A DNA stretch of 64,000 bases from an uncultured Clostridia bacterium (GCA_927435965.1 CAKMKB010000144.1:2079-66078), one strand, 5' to 3'; counted from the stretch's first letter, positions 19,820 to 29,798 are shown. Notes: generated by a model not told the origin, from the sequence alone. A program made the numbers and translations.

Positions 19820-20782
19820 ATGAGGATTTTGAAAGTATTAGGTATTGTTTTAATAATTGTTTTGTTTATGGTCATATTGTTTTTGATCGCTTCTATGATT
19901 AATCACAGGATTCAATTAAAAAAGGAGACTAGTGCTTACCCACCACCAGGCAGTATAGTTAATGTTAATGACAAAAAGCTTCATATATTTATAGCAGGAG
20001 AAGGTGATATTACTTTGGTTTTTATGGCGGGACATGGCACCAGTAGTCCTATATTGGATTTTAAACCCTTATGGATGAGGATGACAGATGATTACAGGAT
20101 TGCTGTGGTAGAAAAATCAGGCTATGGTTGGAGTGAGCCTTCAAACAGTCCACGAGATATCGATACTATTCTTGAGGAAACCAGAGAAGCGTTAAATCTC
20201 TCAGGAGAAAAAGGACCGTATATACTATTACCCCATTCCATGTCAGGACTGGAGGCGATTTATTGGGCACAGAAATACCCTGATGAAGTTACAGCAATCA
20301 TTGGGCTGGATCCCACTACACCAGAAGCTGTTGAAATACTTCCAATACCTCCAGGCATTCAATTGAATCTCATTTATTTAATAACCAGAATCGGTTTATC
20401 AAGATTAATGCCTGAAGCTGATTTGAGTGAAAATTTACCCTTGATGAAATCAAACGACTTGACTGAGGAAGATAAAAATCAGTATTTGGCTTCTTTTTTT
20501 AGAAGCTCTTTAACTAAAGATATGTTGAGAGAAATCACCAATCTGAACAACAACGCTCAGTTGGTGGCGACAAATGGAATTCCAGCCAATACTCCAATGT
20601 ACTTTTTTATTTCGGAAGAACAGGAAAAGCAAGTCAGCGGATGGGATAAGGCATTGACTGAATATCTTTCTAAGCTTGTTGTAAGTCGATTTATGCGCCT
20701 TGACACTGGTCATTATGTCCATCATGAAAAAGCTGACATTATTTCCGAGGCCATAAAAGCGTTTTTAAAAGAGATAAGGTGA
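19820..20782 (+). CDS. alpha/beta hydrolase, N-terminal TM anchor
   Basis: MRILKVLGIVLIIVLFMVILFLIA anchor; HSMSG nucleophile elbow; GHYVHHE near the C-terminus. ATG 19820 sits 6 nt after AGGAG. Confidence 0.8.
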   Translation: MRILKVLGIVLIIVLFMVILFLIASMINHRIQLKKETSAYPPPGSIVNVNDKKLHIFIAGEGDITLVFMAGHGTSSPILDFKPLWMRMTDDYRIAVVEKSGYGWSEPSNSPRDIDTILEETREALNLSGEKGPYILLPHSMSGLEAIYWAQKYPDEVTAIIGLDPTTPEAVEILPIPPGIQLNLIYLITRIGLSRLMPEADLSENLPLMKSNDLTEEDKNQYLASFFRSSLTKDMLREITNLNNNAQLVATNGIPANTPMYFFISEEQEKQVSGWDKALTEYLSKLVVSRFMRLDTGHYVHHEKADIISEAIKAFLKEIR

Positions 20783-20822
20783 AAAACAAATTCGTCATAA
20801 GAGAAATGGAGGATTTTTAGTG

Positions 20823-21584
20823 ATGAAACAATGGTATGAAAAATTATTTGACAATTATGGGGAGAATTACGACAAAGAAATATTCACTCAAGGAACAATA
20901 GGTGAGTGTGACTTTATAGAGAAGGAGCTTAATTACAATAAATCACTAAAAATAATAGATGTTGGTTGTGGAACAGGCAGGCATGCAATAGAGCTTTCAA
21001 AAAGAGGATACTCTGTAACAGGTATAGATTTATCAGTGTCCCAGTTACAAAAGGCTAGGGAAAAAGCCGAAAAGGAAAACCTGAAGATCGAGTTTTTAAT
21101 GCATGATGCAAGAAATCTACCATTTAAAAACCGATTTGATGTCGCCATCATGCTTTGTGAAGGCGGATTTCCGTTAATGGAAACAGATGAGATGAATTTT
21201 GAAATATTGAAGAATGTAACTAAAACACTGAAAAGTACGTCTAAACTAATTTTTACAACTCTAAATGGTTTGTTTCCATTGTTTCATTCTATTGATGAAT
21301 TTCATGAAGGCAATCATGAGGGAAAGGAAGCTCAGTATAAAAGTACTCATTTCAATCTTATGACAATGCGAGATAATAACATAACTACTTTTACTGATGA
21401 CGATGGACATGAACACCAGATTGAATGCAATGAAAGATACTATATCCCGAGCGAAATCACATGGTTGTTGAAATCACTAGGATATAGAAAGGTTGAAATA
21501 TTTGGCGCGAAGCTAGGTGCTTATTCTAGAGAAGATGAGCTTGCAACTGAGGATTATGAAATGCTGGTTGTTGCTGAAAAATAA
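20823..21584 (+). CDS. class I SAM-dependent methyltransferase
   Basis: Motif I IIDVGCGTGRHAIEL; acidic post-I residue (GIDLS). Confidence 0.85.
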   Translation: MKQWYEKLFDNYGENYDKEIFTQGTIGECDFIEKELNYNKSLKIIDVGCGTGRHAIELSKRGYSVTGIDLSVSQLQKAREKAEKENLKIEFLMHDARNLPFKNRFDVAIMLCEGGFPLMETDEMNFEILKNVTKTLKSTSKLIFTTLNGLFPLFHSIDEFHEGNHEGKEAQYKSTHFNLMTMRDNNITTFTDDDGHEHQIECNERYYIPSEITWLLKSLGYRKVEIFGAKLGAYSREDELATEDYEMLVVAEK

Positions 21585-21626
21585 AAAGCTTATTGAAACT
21601 ATTACTTTTTGAGGAAGTGATGTGCA

Positions 21627-22448
21627 ATGTATCAAGGTGATATTGATAAACTACTATTATCCCGCAATGACAATGGATCGGATTTTTGGGCGACACCAGA
21701 TGGAAGAATAGGCATAGAAAAACCAATCAGTACACTGACTGCTTTGCTTGTAATGAGTGAGTTGAAAGTGGAAAAATCTCATGAAGCACTTAAAGGTGCA
21801 GCTGATTTGGTTCTAGGTGTGATAAGAGATGACGGAAGAGCGCGAATATCGCCTAAAGGTTCGATTTATCCCTGTCATACAGCTCTTGCAGCAACAGCAC
21901 TTTGTAGAAATGGCTATGAGGGTGAAAAGCGTGTTAGAATGGCTTTGGAATATTTACTTAGGAGCAGATTCGAGGATGGCGGATGGCGATGCAACAAGTT
22001 TTTATACGGCAGAGGTCCTGAAACCAATTTTTCAAATCCAGGTGTTACGTTAATGGCATTAGACGCATTTCGATGTGCTGGACTTCATCACGAGACTAAA
22101 GAACTTGATCGCGCTGTTGAAACGCTTCTGAATCATTGGACAGTCCGTGTACCAATCGGACCTTGCCACTATGGGATGGGAACCCTGTTTATGCAAGTGG
22201 AGTATCCATTTTTGAGATACAACCTGTTTTATTACGTATTTGTACTCTCGTTTTATGCAAAAGCACGTAAGGATAATCGTTTCAAAGAAGCTTTTGACAG
22301 CTTGGGTAAGAAACTGGACAACGAAGGTAGATTGATTATTGAACGACCAAATCGGAAACTTGAAAAACTGGATATCTGTAGGAAGGGTGAACCATCCGAA
22401 GCAGCTACTGATAGGTATCTCGAAATTAAAAATAATATGGAACAATAA
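21627..22448 (+). CDS. prenyltransferase / squalene-cyclase-repeat-like (alpha/alpha toroid) protein
   Basis: Repeated aromatic/Gly-rich motifs, e.g. RFEDGGWRCNKF and IRDDGRARISP. Assignment is by pattern only. Confidence 0.5.
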   Translation: MYQGDIDKLLLSRNDNGSDFWATPDGRIGIEKPISTLTALLVMSELKVEKSHEALKGAADLVLGVIRDDGRARISPKGSIYPCHTALAATALCRNGYEGEKRVRMALEYLLRSRFEDGGWRCNKFLYGRGPETNFSNPGVTLMALDAFRCAGLHHETKELDRAVETLLNHWTVRVPIGPCHYGMGTLFMQVEYPFLRYNLFYYVFVLSFYAKARKDNRFKEAFDSLGKKLDNEGRLIIERPNRKLEKLDICRKGEPSEAATDRYLEIKNNMEQ

Positions 22449-22471
22449 TTGTAATAACAATGGAGGCCAAA

Positions 22472-23128
22472 ATGTCAGATAAATTGGATTATAAAAAAGA
22501 ATATAAGAATCTATATCTCCCGAAAACAGTTCCAGTGATAATTGACGTACCAAAAATAAAATTCATTATGATTGATGGCAAAGGTGATCCCAATGATGAA
22601 TCGGGAGAATACACTAAGTCGGTAGAATTGCTTTATGGATTATCCTACACCATTAAAATGAGCAATAAAAGCGGTAATGCATCCCCAAATTTTTTTGAGT
22701 ATGTCGTTCCACCGTTGGAAGGCTTATGGTGGACAAAGGAAGACCGAAAACTAGACATATATCAAAAAGATCAATTGATCTGGACTTCTATGATAAGACA
22801 ACCGGAATTTGTCACCGATGAAGTATTTACATGGGCTATCAATGAAATGAATAAAAAGAAACCGCATCTTGATACGTCAAAAGCTAGGCTAGAGGAATTC
22901 ACAGAAGGGCTTTGTGTCCAGATGATGCATATAGGACCATATGACACGGAAGCGATTACTGTCAAGGCTATCGATGATTTTGCAGTAAGCAATGGCTACT
23001 TAAATGCCATTTCGGGAAAAAGCATAGAGGGTACTATCCTCAGACACCATGAAATATACTTGAGCGATCCAAGAAAAGTCGCTCCGGAAAAGATGAAGAC
23101 AGTTGTCAGACACCCTGTAAAAAAATGA
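22472..23128 (+). CDS. GyrI-like small-molecule-binding domain protein
   Basis: MIDGKGDPN, PPLEGLWW and HHEIYLSDPRK are typical of this family; ATG 22472 is 5 nt after GGAGG. Confidence 0.75.
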   Translation: MSDKLDYKKEYKNLYLPKTVPVIIDVPKIKFIMIDGKGDPNDESGEYTKSVELLYGLSYTIKMSNKSGNASPNFFEYVVPPLEGLWWTKEDRKLDIYQKDQLIWTSMIRQPEFVTDEVFTWAINEMNKKKPHLDTSKARLEEFTEGLCVQMMHIGPYDTEAITVKAIDDFAVSNGYLNAISGKSIEGTILRHHEIYLSDPRKVAPEKMKTVVRHPVKK

Positions 23129-23261
23129 TATCTCAATTAAGTGGTCTGAATAATCTGTTTATAAAGCGCTAGCAAAAGGATGATTACATATATGATAATA
23201 GAGTTAAAAACGGTTGGTGTAAAAAGCATAACAATAAGAAGTATAAAGGGGGTTCATCCAT

Positions 23262-23825
23262 ATGAGTAGTAACAAGACTTTAGCAACAGACCAGCAGGCA
23301 GAGCTGCTTGAAATACTCAAAGGGCGATTTGAAAAGAATATGAATCGTCATCAAGGTATAGAATGGGGGAAAATACAACAGAAGCTTGAAACAAACTCCG
23401 AAAAACTGTGGACGTTAAATGAAATGGAAAGCACAGGTGGAGAACCGGACGTGATTGGTTTTGATAAAAAGACTGATGAATACATCTTTTGCGATTGCTC
23501 TCAGGAAAGTCCAAAAGGTCGAAGAAGCATTTGTTATGATCATGACGCTCTTGAATCAAGGAAAAGTAACAAACCGATGAACAGCGCTATTGGCATGGCA
23601 AATGAAATGGGGGTTGAAATTTTAACAGAAGAACAATATAGGGAGTTACAAAAGCTCGGACATTTTGATATCAAAACATCAAGTTGGATATTGACACCTC
23701 CTGAAATTAGAAAACTAGGAGGAGCTATCTTTGTAGATTTTCGTTATAACACTGTTTTTGTATATCACAATGGTGCAGAATCCTATTATTCTGTCAGGGG
23801 TTTCCGTGGTTCATTGCGAGTATAG
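23262..23825 (+). CDS. DUF4256-like protein
   Basis: Family recognised from memory of conserved strings (NEMESTGGEPDVIGFD, ESPKGRRSICYD, VFVYHNGAESYY..RGFRGSLRV). Confidence 0.55.
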   Translation: MSSNKTLATDQQAELLEILKGRFEKNMNRHQGIEWGKIQQKLETNSEKLWTLNEMESTGGEPDVIGFDKKTDEYIFCDCSQESPKGRRSICYDHDALESRKSNKPMNSAIGMANEMGVEILTEEQYRELQKLGHFDIKTSSWILTPPEIRKLGGAIFVDFRYNTVFVYHNGAESYYSVRGFRGSLRV

Positions 23826-23854
23826 GTTTACCAATTAAGGGGGCTGTTTTAAAG

Positions 23855-24301
23855 ATGAAAGAAAAGCTTATTGCACCATGTGGTATGAATTGCGCTTTAT
23901 GTATTGCTTATCAGTTTAGAGAAAAGGATTTGAATAAAAAGGGATTTAAGAGAATGTATTGCCCGGGCTGCATACCTAGAGGAAAACACTGCACACATAT
24001 GGCGGATAAATGCGAGTTATTGGGAAAAGGACACTTGAGATTTTGTTACGAGTGTGAGTCTTTTCCATGCAAGAGATTGAAATCACTGGATAAGCGATAC
24101 CGCACCAAATACCACATGAGCATGATAGAGAATCTTAAGTTCATTCAAGAAAACGGAATGGATGCATTCTTGGCAAAAGAGGAGACAACATGGCGCTGCC
24201 CTGAATGCAACGGTGAGATATGCTGTCATAATGGACTTTGTTTGAATTGTAATATGGATAAGCTGCGCTTAAACAGAAAATACCGTTGGAATGAGGAGTA
24301 A
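23855..24301 (+). CDS. Cys-rich DUF3795-like protein
   Basis: Multiple CxxC-type pairs (CGMNCALC, CPGC, CYECESFPC, CPECNGEICC). Confidence 0.5.
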   Translation: MKEKLIAPCGMNCALCIAYQFREKDLNKKGFKRMYCPGCIPRGKHCTHMADKCELLGKGHLRFCYECESFPCKRLKSLDKRYRTKYHMSMIENLKFIQENGMDAFLAKEETTWRCPECNGEICCHNGLCLNCNMDKLRLNRKYRWNEE

Positions 24302-24310
24302 ACAAATTAT

Positions 24311-24335
24311 TCCCCCCAGTTTAGGGGGATTTTTT
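24311..24335 (+). terminator. short GC hairpin terminator
   Basis: cccccc - agttta - ggggg followed by attttttat. Confidence 0.55.
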
Positions 24336-24362
24336 ATGAGCTTAATCAAGAAATGTTTTTAG

Positions 24363-24391
24363 TTGACATACATAGAAGTGCTAGGTATAAT
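24363..24391 (+). promoter_or_regulatory. consensus sigma-A promoter for the PadR operon
   Basis: TTGACA (24363-24368), exactly 17 nt spacer, TATAAT (24386-24391). Confidence 0.75.
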
Positions 24392-24421
24392 ATGCTGAAT
24401 GAGTGAACAATGGGGGCATTT

Positions 24422-24760
24422 ATGGATATATCTAAAGATCTGATAGCTGCATCTTCAACTCCTCTGATATTAGCTATTTTAAGAAGACAGGATAACTATG
24501 GATATGCAATTATAAAAGCAATAAAAGAGATTTCCAATAATGAGATTGTCTGGACTGAAGGCATGTTGTATCCGGTGCTGCATCGATTGGAGAAAGATAG
24601 CTTGATTGAATCCTATTGGCAGAAATCTGATAACGGTCGTAAACGAAAGTATTACCGATTGAAATCAGATGGCTTATTAGAATTGGAAAATCAGAAAAAA
24701 CAATGGGATATTGTTCATTCAGCATTATCTAAAGAAATCACTCGCGAGATTGAAGGATAG
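24422..24760 (+). CDS. PadR family transcriptional regulator
   Basis: Winged-helix core YGYAIIKAIKEISNNEIVWTEGMLYPVLHRLEKDSLIESYW. Confidence 0.9.
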   Translation: MDISKDLIAASSTPLILAILRRQDNYGYAIIKAIKEISNNEIVWTEGMLYPVLHRLEKDSLIESYWQKSDNGRKRKYYRLKSDGLLELENQKKQWDIVHSALSKEITREIEG

Positions 24761-24766
24761 GAGGGT

Positions 24767-26113
24767 ATGATGTTTGATTTGGAATCAAATGTGACCGCAT
24801 GGAGCGACCAATTGCGTTCAAATGGTAAATTATCAGAAGAAGATGTAATGGAGTTGGAGGGGCATTTACGTGAACAGGTTGATGAGTTGATAGAAAAAGG
24901 ATTGATGGAGGATGAGGCTTTTTTAATTAGCATTAAGCGATTAGGAAATCTCAATATCCTATCAAAGGAATATTCCAAGGTTAATATCGATGACTTCTGG
25001 AAGCAATTGCTGCTGGATTCTGATGATCCGATTGCAAGTAAGAAGAGTCGTCGTAATGTTTTATTGATTGTTCTATTTTCCTTATTGGCTGGAACATCAA
25101 TTAGATTAACTACCTTATTGGGCGTTGACATTGAGAGCTTAACTTTTTTTAAAAACCTTAGTTTTTTCATCCTGCCCTTGATTGTTTTATTCTTTGGAAT
25201 AATGCGTGGTGTAAGCAAGAAGCTTATCAGTTATGTTTTAGGTATATTTCTTGTCACAGCTGTGATAATCAATCTGTATCCATCATATAGCCCTAATCAT
25301 ACTGAGATGTTGACGGGCATTCATCTGCCGATCATGCTGTGGATGGTGACTGGCGTTGCTTATATGGGTCAAAAGTGGCGGCTTGGTCAGGAGCGCATGA
25401 ATTTTATACGTTTTACTGGCGAAAGCATAATATATGGCAGTCTGATAGTGCTTGGATCGATAGTCTTAATGCTGTTTATAGTCGTTATTTTTGAAACTAT
25501 TGCAATAGATATTAGTGATGTGGTACTAAATTACATCATAATCTATGGCGGGTGTGCTGTCGTGATGGTAACAGTCTACTTAGCTGAGACTAAAAAAAGT
25601 GTTGTTGAAAATTTTGCCCCTATTCTTGCTAAATTATTCAGTCCGTTGTTTTTAGTGGTGATGTTAGCCTTCCTGTCAGTCATGGTGATTACAGGCAAGA
25701 GTCCGTTTGTTGATAGGGATTTTTTGATTGGTTTTGATTTGATGCTTGTATTGGTTTTAGGAATGGTTTTGTATACTATTTCTGCAAGAAATATTTATCA
25801 TAAATCCAATATCTTTGATTACTTAAACGTAGCTTTGATCGTGACGGCGATTGTTGTTGATACGATTGCCTTGACTGCTATTATCTCAAGATTGTCAGTT
25901 TATGGTGTTAGTCCAAATAAACTTGCCGCTTTAGGCGAAAATATTCTATTGTTCATTAATCTTGCCGGACTGCTATGGTTATACATAAAATATTTTAAGA
26001 GCAAGATAGAGTTCAGTAAAATTGAAAGCTGGCAAACTACATATCTCAGTGTATATGCCATATGGATGGCTGTCGTTGTGTTTGTGTTTCCAATTATCTT
26101 TAAGTTTCAATAA
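24767..26113 (+). CDS. polytopic membrane protein with cytoplasmic N-terminal helical prefix (PadR-associated, DUF4153-like)
   Basis: N-terminal ~90 aa soluble segment (EEDVMELEGHLREQVDELIEKG) followed by about 10 hydrophobic helices; 6-nt gap to padR. Confidence 0.65.
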   Translation: MMFDLESNVTAWSDQLRSNGKLSEEDVMELEGHLREQVDELIEKGLMEDEAFLISIKRLGNLNILSKEYSKVNIDDFWKQLLLDSDDPIASKKSRRNVLLIVLFSLLAGTSIRLTTLLGVDIESLTFFKNLSFFILPLIVLFFGIMRGVSKKLISYVLGIFLVTAVIINLYPSYSPNHTEMLTGIHLPIMLWMVTGVAYMGQKWRLGQERMNFIRFTGESIIYGSLIVLGSIVLMLFIVVIFETIAIDISDVVLNYIIIYGGCAVVMVTVYLAETKKSVVENFAPILAKLFSPLFLVVMLAFLSVMVITGKSPFVDRDFLIGFDLMLVLVLGMVLYTISARNIYHKSNIFDYLNVALIVTAIVVDTIALTAIISRLSVYGVSPNKLAALGENILLFINLAGLLWLYIKYFKSKIEFSKIESWQTTYLSVYAIWMAVVVFVFPIIFKFQ

Positions 26114-26153
26114 AAAAAATGGATTATAAATAAAAAAGAGGTGATCTGAAGAA

Positions 26154-26855
26154 ATGTATTTATGCTATGGCGATAGTATCACAAAGGGAGTCCCAGGTGT
26201 TTCGTATTTGAGATATCTAGACAATAAACAACATTTCAAAAATTATGGTCTTGGAGGAGACACTCTAATCGGACTAAGTGATAGAATACAACGGCATGTA
26301 AAAAACACCGATAACACAGACTATATAATCCAGATTGGCACGAATGATATTCTGTTGCCTTTTCTCTCTGGGTATTCCACCAAATGGGCAGTACGAATTG
26401 ATGGTATTATTAGATCAGGAAGAGTGCCTTGTGTCAATGTGCATCAATTTGTAGAAAAATACAGACAACTGCTGTCGCTATTGTTTGATTACAATAAGCG
26501 AGTGATTGTAATCAACATACCCTGCATCGGGGAGGACATATTCAGTGAATTAAACAATGAAGTAGATATTTATAACGAAGCTATGCAAGGTGTGGCACAA
26601 GAGTACAATGTAGAGTTAATTGATTTCAACGGTTGGCAAAAGTCTATATTCAAGCAATATAATATTGATCAACCTTATTTTATGACAAAAGAGCCTTTGA
26701 ATATGGTTTTCGACGCATTGGCTACACAGAACTCATTATTGCGAAGTAGAATAAGCAACAAAAGAAACCTTTATCTCACTGTAGATGGTTGCCATCTGAA
26801 TGATACAGGTGCAGAAGGTATGGCTAAGTTGGTGTTTGACCATTGTATAATATAA
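26154..26855 (+). CDS. SGNH/GDSL hydrolase
   Basis: Block I YGDSITKG, block III GTND, block V DGCHLN. Confidence 0.8.
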   Translation: MYLCYGDSITKGVPGVSYLRYLDNKQHFKNYGLGGDTLIGLSDRIQRHVKNTDNTDYIIQIGTNDILLPFLSGYSTKWAVRIDGIIRSGRVPCVNVHQFVEKYRQLLSLLFDYNKRVIVINIPCIGEDIFSELNNEVDIYNEAMQGVAQEYNVELIDFNGWQKSIFKQYNIDQPYFMTKEPLNMVFDALATQNSLLRSRISNKRNLYLTVDGCHLNDTGAEGMAKLVFDHCII

Positions 26856-26897
26856 CATTCATAACAATCCCTGTTAAAAATATCCATTAACTAATAC

Positions 26898-26926
26898 TTG
26901 ACTAAGGAGATACTTTAATATATTAT
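26898..26926 (+). promoter_or_regulatory. candidate sigma-A promoter of the second PadR operon
   Basis: TTGACT - 17 nt - TATTAT, followed by an imperfect inverted repeat ATGCCACGCGATA / TAACGTGTCACAT. Confidence 0.5.
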
Positions 26927-26980
26927 TATGCCACGCGATATAACGTGTCACATAATAAAAAACAATAGGAAGGTTGGAAT

Positions 26981-27301
26981 ATGGGATATGATGGCGGTCC
27001 AATGACCGAAGCCATGTACTACGTATTATTAGCACTAATGAATCCAAATCATGGATATCAGTTAATGCAGGCTATATCTGATGTATCAAAGGGTAGATTG
27101 CATATGGGTCCAGGGACTCTATATGGCGTGCTTTCACGCATGCAAAAAGAAGGTTTGATTGTATTGTCAAAAGATGATGGCAGAAGGAAAACCTATAAAA
27201 TAACCACTGAAGGAGAACAGGCTCTTCAAATAGAATATAGTCGTCTGAGAGCTTTGGTGCTAGACGGAATAGTCTTAAAGGAAGGTGACATAAATGAGTA
27301 A
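26981..27301 (+). CDS. PadR family transcriptional regulator
   Basis: HGYQLMQAISDVSKGRLHMGPGTLYGVLSRMQKEGLI. Confidence 0.9.
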   Translation: MGYDGGPMTEAMYYVLLALMNPNHGYQLMQAISDVSKGRLHMGPGTLYGVLSRMQKEGLIVLSKDDGRRKTYKITTEGEQALQIEYSRLRALVLDGIVLKEGDINE

Positions 27302-28502
27302 AGTTGTATGGAAGTTTCGACCTGGTGATTATTATAGGATAGGAGAGCACGAAAGTTGGTTTTCCGACATGGCTCGTGAGGGCTTACATTTAATAAAAAT
27401 GGGTCATGTTTTTGCAAGATTTATCATAGGTGAACCAAAAAACATACATTATAGAATAGACGTATCAAAGAATAAAGATATCAGTTTGGAGCAAAAATAT
27501 TTATATGCTGAAGGTGGATGGGATTTTGTAGCAAGCTACGGTGACTTTAACGTATATTCCTCCTCAGATGAGATAATGGCACCTGAATTGCACACTGATC
27601 CCGCAGAGCAGGCTTACTCCCTCCAGGAATTGCACAAAAAACTTATAAAAAATGTTTGGATAGTTGTAGTCTATACAGTCTTGATGCTTGTCATATTATC
27701 CACACCGCTTTGGTTGCCCAATGGGACTTTCACATTATCTTTGATAGAGGGTTCTAGCATACTTTTGCCATTGGTTATCTCAATACTATATCTATTGTAT
27801 GAGTCAATTAGTGGGCTTATATCTTTAAGACGCTTGCGCCAAGAGCTAATCGAAGGAAAGCCCATTAATCATCATGCACCATGGAAAAGGCAACAGCGAA
27901 TCAAAACTACAATTGCAATAGTCTATATTCTGTTAGTTGGCTATGTTATTGTGATGCCCTTCATACAAATCGCAATAAGCAAAACTCACATTTTGCCTGA
28001 GGGCAAGACTGACTTGCCAATTATCAGATTAGCCGATGTTGAGAATAATCCTGAACTGAAAAGAAAAGATTCAGAAGAAACAGATTGGGAGATTAATATT
28101 TATACCAAAAAACACAGCTTTCTGGCACCTATACAATACCAATCCCATGAATATGGCGTTGTGTCTGATAAGATGTGGAGCGATGGAAGCGGAACATATT
28201 CGCCAAGTATCCATACATGGATTTTTCAAACGCGTTCACCTGTTTTGAGCAAGAGTCTTGTAGCAGATCTTGTCAAGAGGTATGGATTGGTGTACAAAGG
28301 CGGTGAATTTATTGAAATCTATCATCCTGATTTTGATATTTTGATTATACATGATATTGATGATGTCATTGAAATTTTTACCGCCAAAGGCAAAGCAGTG
28401 ATACACATAAAGTATTATGGTGATGCGAGTATAGAAACATTAATAAAAGTAACTTCTGATTATGTATCTGATTTGACAACTACCTATGAGTTCATTTTTT
28501 AA
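27294..28502 (+). CDS. DUF2812-like membrane protein (PadR partner)
   Basis: Overlaps the padR stop by 8 nt; N-terminus FRPGDYYRIGEHESWFSDMAREGLHL, then several TM helices. Confidence 0.65.
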   Translation: MSKVVWKFRPGDYYRIGEHESWFSDMAREGLHLIKMGHVFARFIIGEPKNIHYRIDVSKNKDISLEQKYLYAEGGWDFVASYGDFNVYSSSDEIMAPELHTDPAEQAYSLQELHKKLIKNVWIVVVYTVLMLVILSTPLWLPNGTFTLSLIEGSSILLPLVISILYLLYESISGLISLRRLRQELIEGKPINHHAPWKRQQRIKTTIAIVYILLVGYVIVMPFIQIAISKTHILPEGKTDLPIIRLADVENNPELKRKDSEETDWEINIYTKKHSFLAPIQYQSHEYGVVSDKMWSDGSGTYSPSIHTWIFQTRSPVLSKSLVADLVKRYGLVYKGGEFIEIYHPDFDILIIHDIDDVIEIFTAKGKAVIHIKYYGDASIETLIKVTSDYVSDLTTTYEFIF

Positions 28503-28608
28503 AAAAGAATTCAAAAATATGTGTTGGCATGATAAAATACTCTTGCTACTTCAAAAAACTAAAAATTTAATCTCACTGCATTTAAGTTATCAATAATAGA
28601 GGCGTTTA

Positions 28609-29091
28609 ATGAAAAATAGAGATAAAACAAATGCTATGCGTTTGCTGGATCAAATCAAAATACCCTATAAAGTTCACTTCTACGAAAACGATGGGTTTAT
28701 GGATGGGGTGAGCGTGGCTAGCAAGCTTGGTATTCCTGAGGAACAAGTCTATAAAACATTAGTTGTTCAAGGGAAATCCAAGGAGTATTTTGTCTGTGTG
28801 ATTCCTGTTATGGATGAATTGGATTTAAAAAAGACCGCTAAAGTACTCGCAGAGAAGTCAGTTGAGATGATACCAGCCAAAGATATCAATAAAATAACGG
28901 GTTATGTCCGTGGTGGATGCAGTCCCATTGGCATGAAAAAGAAATATGTAACAGTTATAGATCAGACAGCGTTAGAAAAAAAAGACATTTATGTTAGTGG
29001 TGGTAGGTTAGGGGCACAGATATTTATAAATTCAAGCATTCTTGTGAATTTAACTAAAGCTATTGTTCAAGATGTTACTGTTTCTTGTTAG
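28609..29091 (+). CDS. ybaK: Cys-tRNA(Pro)/Cys-tRNA(Cys) deacylase YbaK
   Basis: TNAMRLLDQIKIPYKVHFY N-terminus, KTLVVQGKS, GYVRGGCSPIGMKK; typical length of about 160 aa. Confidence 0.85.
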   Translation: MKNRDKTNAMRLLDQIKIPYKVHFYENDGFMDGVSVASKLGIPEEQVYKTLVVQGKSKEYFVCVIPVMDELDLKKTAKVLAEKSVEMIPAKDINKITGYVRGGCSPIGMKKKYVTVIDQTALEKKDIYVSGGRLGAQIFINSSILVNLTKAIVQDVTVSC

Positions 29092-29138
29092 AAAATAATT
29101 GAGGCGTATTTAAGAACAATGCTTAAAGGGTGGATTTG

Positions 29139-29792
29139 ATGAAGTTAATTACGGAACACGGTGACATAGAATATCATATACAATATGGAAAGCAAAAAAA
29201 AATCATATTTCAGATTGACAGCGTTGGGATTGTAACTGTGAAAGCACCAAATGGCACAAAAATTGAGGATCTGGAAAAAGCCATAAGATTAAAAAGCAAG
29301 TGGATTAATGATAAACTCAGTGAGCTTTCTAATTTAAAAGACAAGCCTGATATGAAATTATACCAGGAAAATGGAAAATTTTTTTATTTAGGAAAAGAAA
29401 TGGAATTAAGTGAGTTAATTAAGACTGAAGGTTTGAGTGAGGATACACTCAAAGTCAATCTTGAGAAATTCTATATTACCAGCTGTAGAAGAGTCGTAGC
29501 TGAGAGAATAAAGATATATCAAAAAAAACTGGGAGTGAATCCGAAATCTGTTGAAGTGATAAAATCTCATACGAAATGGGGTACTTGTGATGGAGATAAA
29601 AAAATAACCTTCAATCTCAGGTTGGTGATGGCCCCTATTGAAATTGTAGACTATGTAGTTGTTCATGAACTCTGTCATCTGATTCACATGAATCATGATA
29701 GATCCTTTTGGAGGCTACTGGGAAGTGTCTTACCCGACTACAAACAAAGACAAGATTATTTATTGCGATTTGGACACAACATGACATTATAA
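29139..29792 (+). CDS. YgjP-like (DUF45/M48-type) metal-dependent hydrolase
   Basis: WGTCDGDKKITFNLRLVMAPIEIVDYVVVHELCHLIHMNHDRSFW, containing the HExxH motif. Confidence 0.8.
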   Translation: MKLITEHGDIEYHIQYGKQKKIIFQIDSVGIVTVKAPNGTKIEDLEKAIRLKSKWINDKLSELSNLKDKPDMKLYQENGKFFYLGKEMELSELIKTEGLSEDTLKVNLEKFYITSCRRVVAERIKIYQKKLGVNPKSVEVIKSHTKWGTCDGDKKITFNLRLVMAPIEIVDYVVVHELCHLIHMNHDRSFWRLLGSVLPDYKQRQDYLLRFGHNMTL

Positions 29793-29798
29793 ACTATC

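Noticed and set aside
22059-22553. 164-aa minus-strand ORF spanning the junction of the prenyltransferase-like and GyrI-like genes
   Set aside because: It overlaps two plus-strand genes that have recognisable family motifs and RBSs. It has no start context and an odd composition, so it is an antisense artefact.
23129-23261. 25-codon ORF (MIIELKTVGVKSITIRSIKGVHPYE) upstream of the DUF4256 gene
   Set aside because: The SD spacing is poor (AAGGA 11 nt upstream), the ORF overlaps the downstream start region, and there is no terminator or conservation evidence.
24715-25218. 167-aa minus-strand ORF opposite the PadR-partner membrane gene
   Set aside because: The plus-strand gene is tightly coupled to padR and encodes coherent TM helices. 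The antisense ORF has no RBS or recognisable domain.
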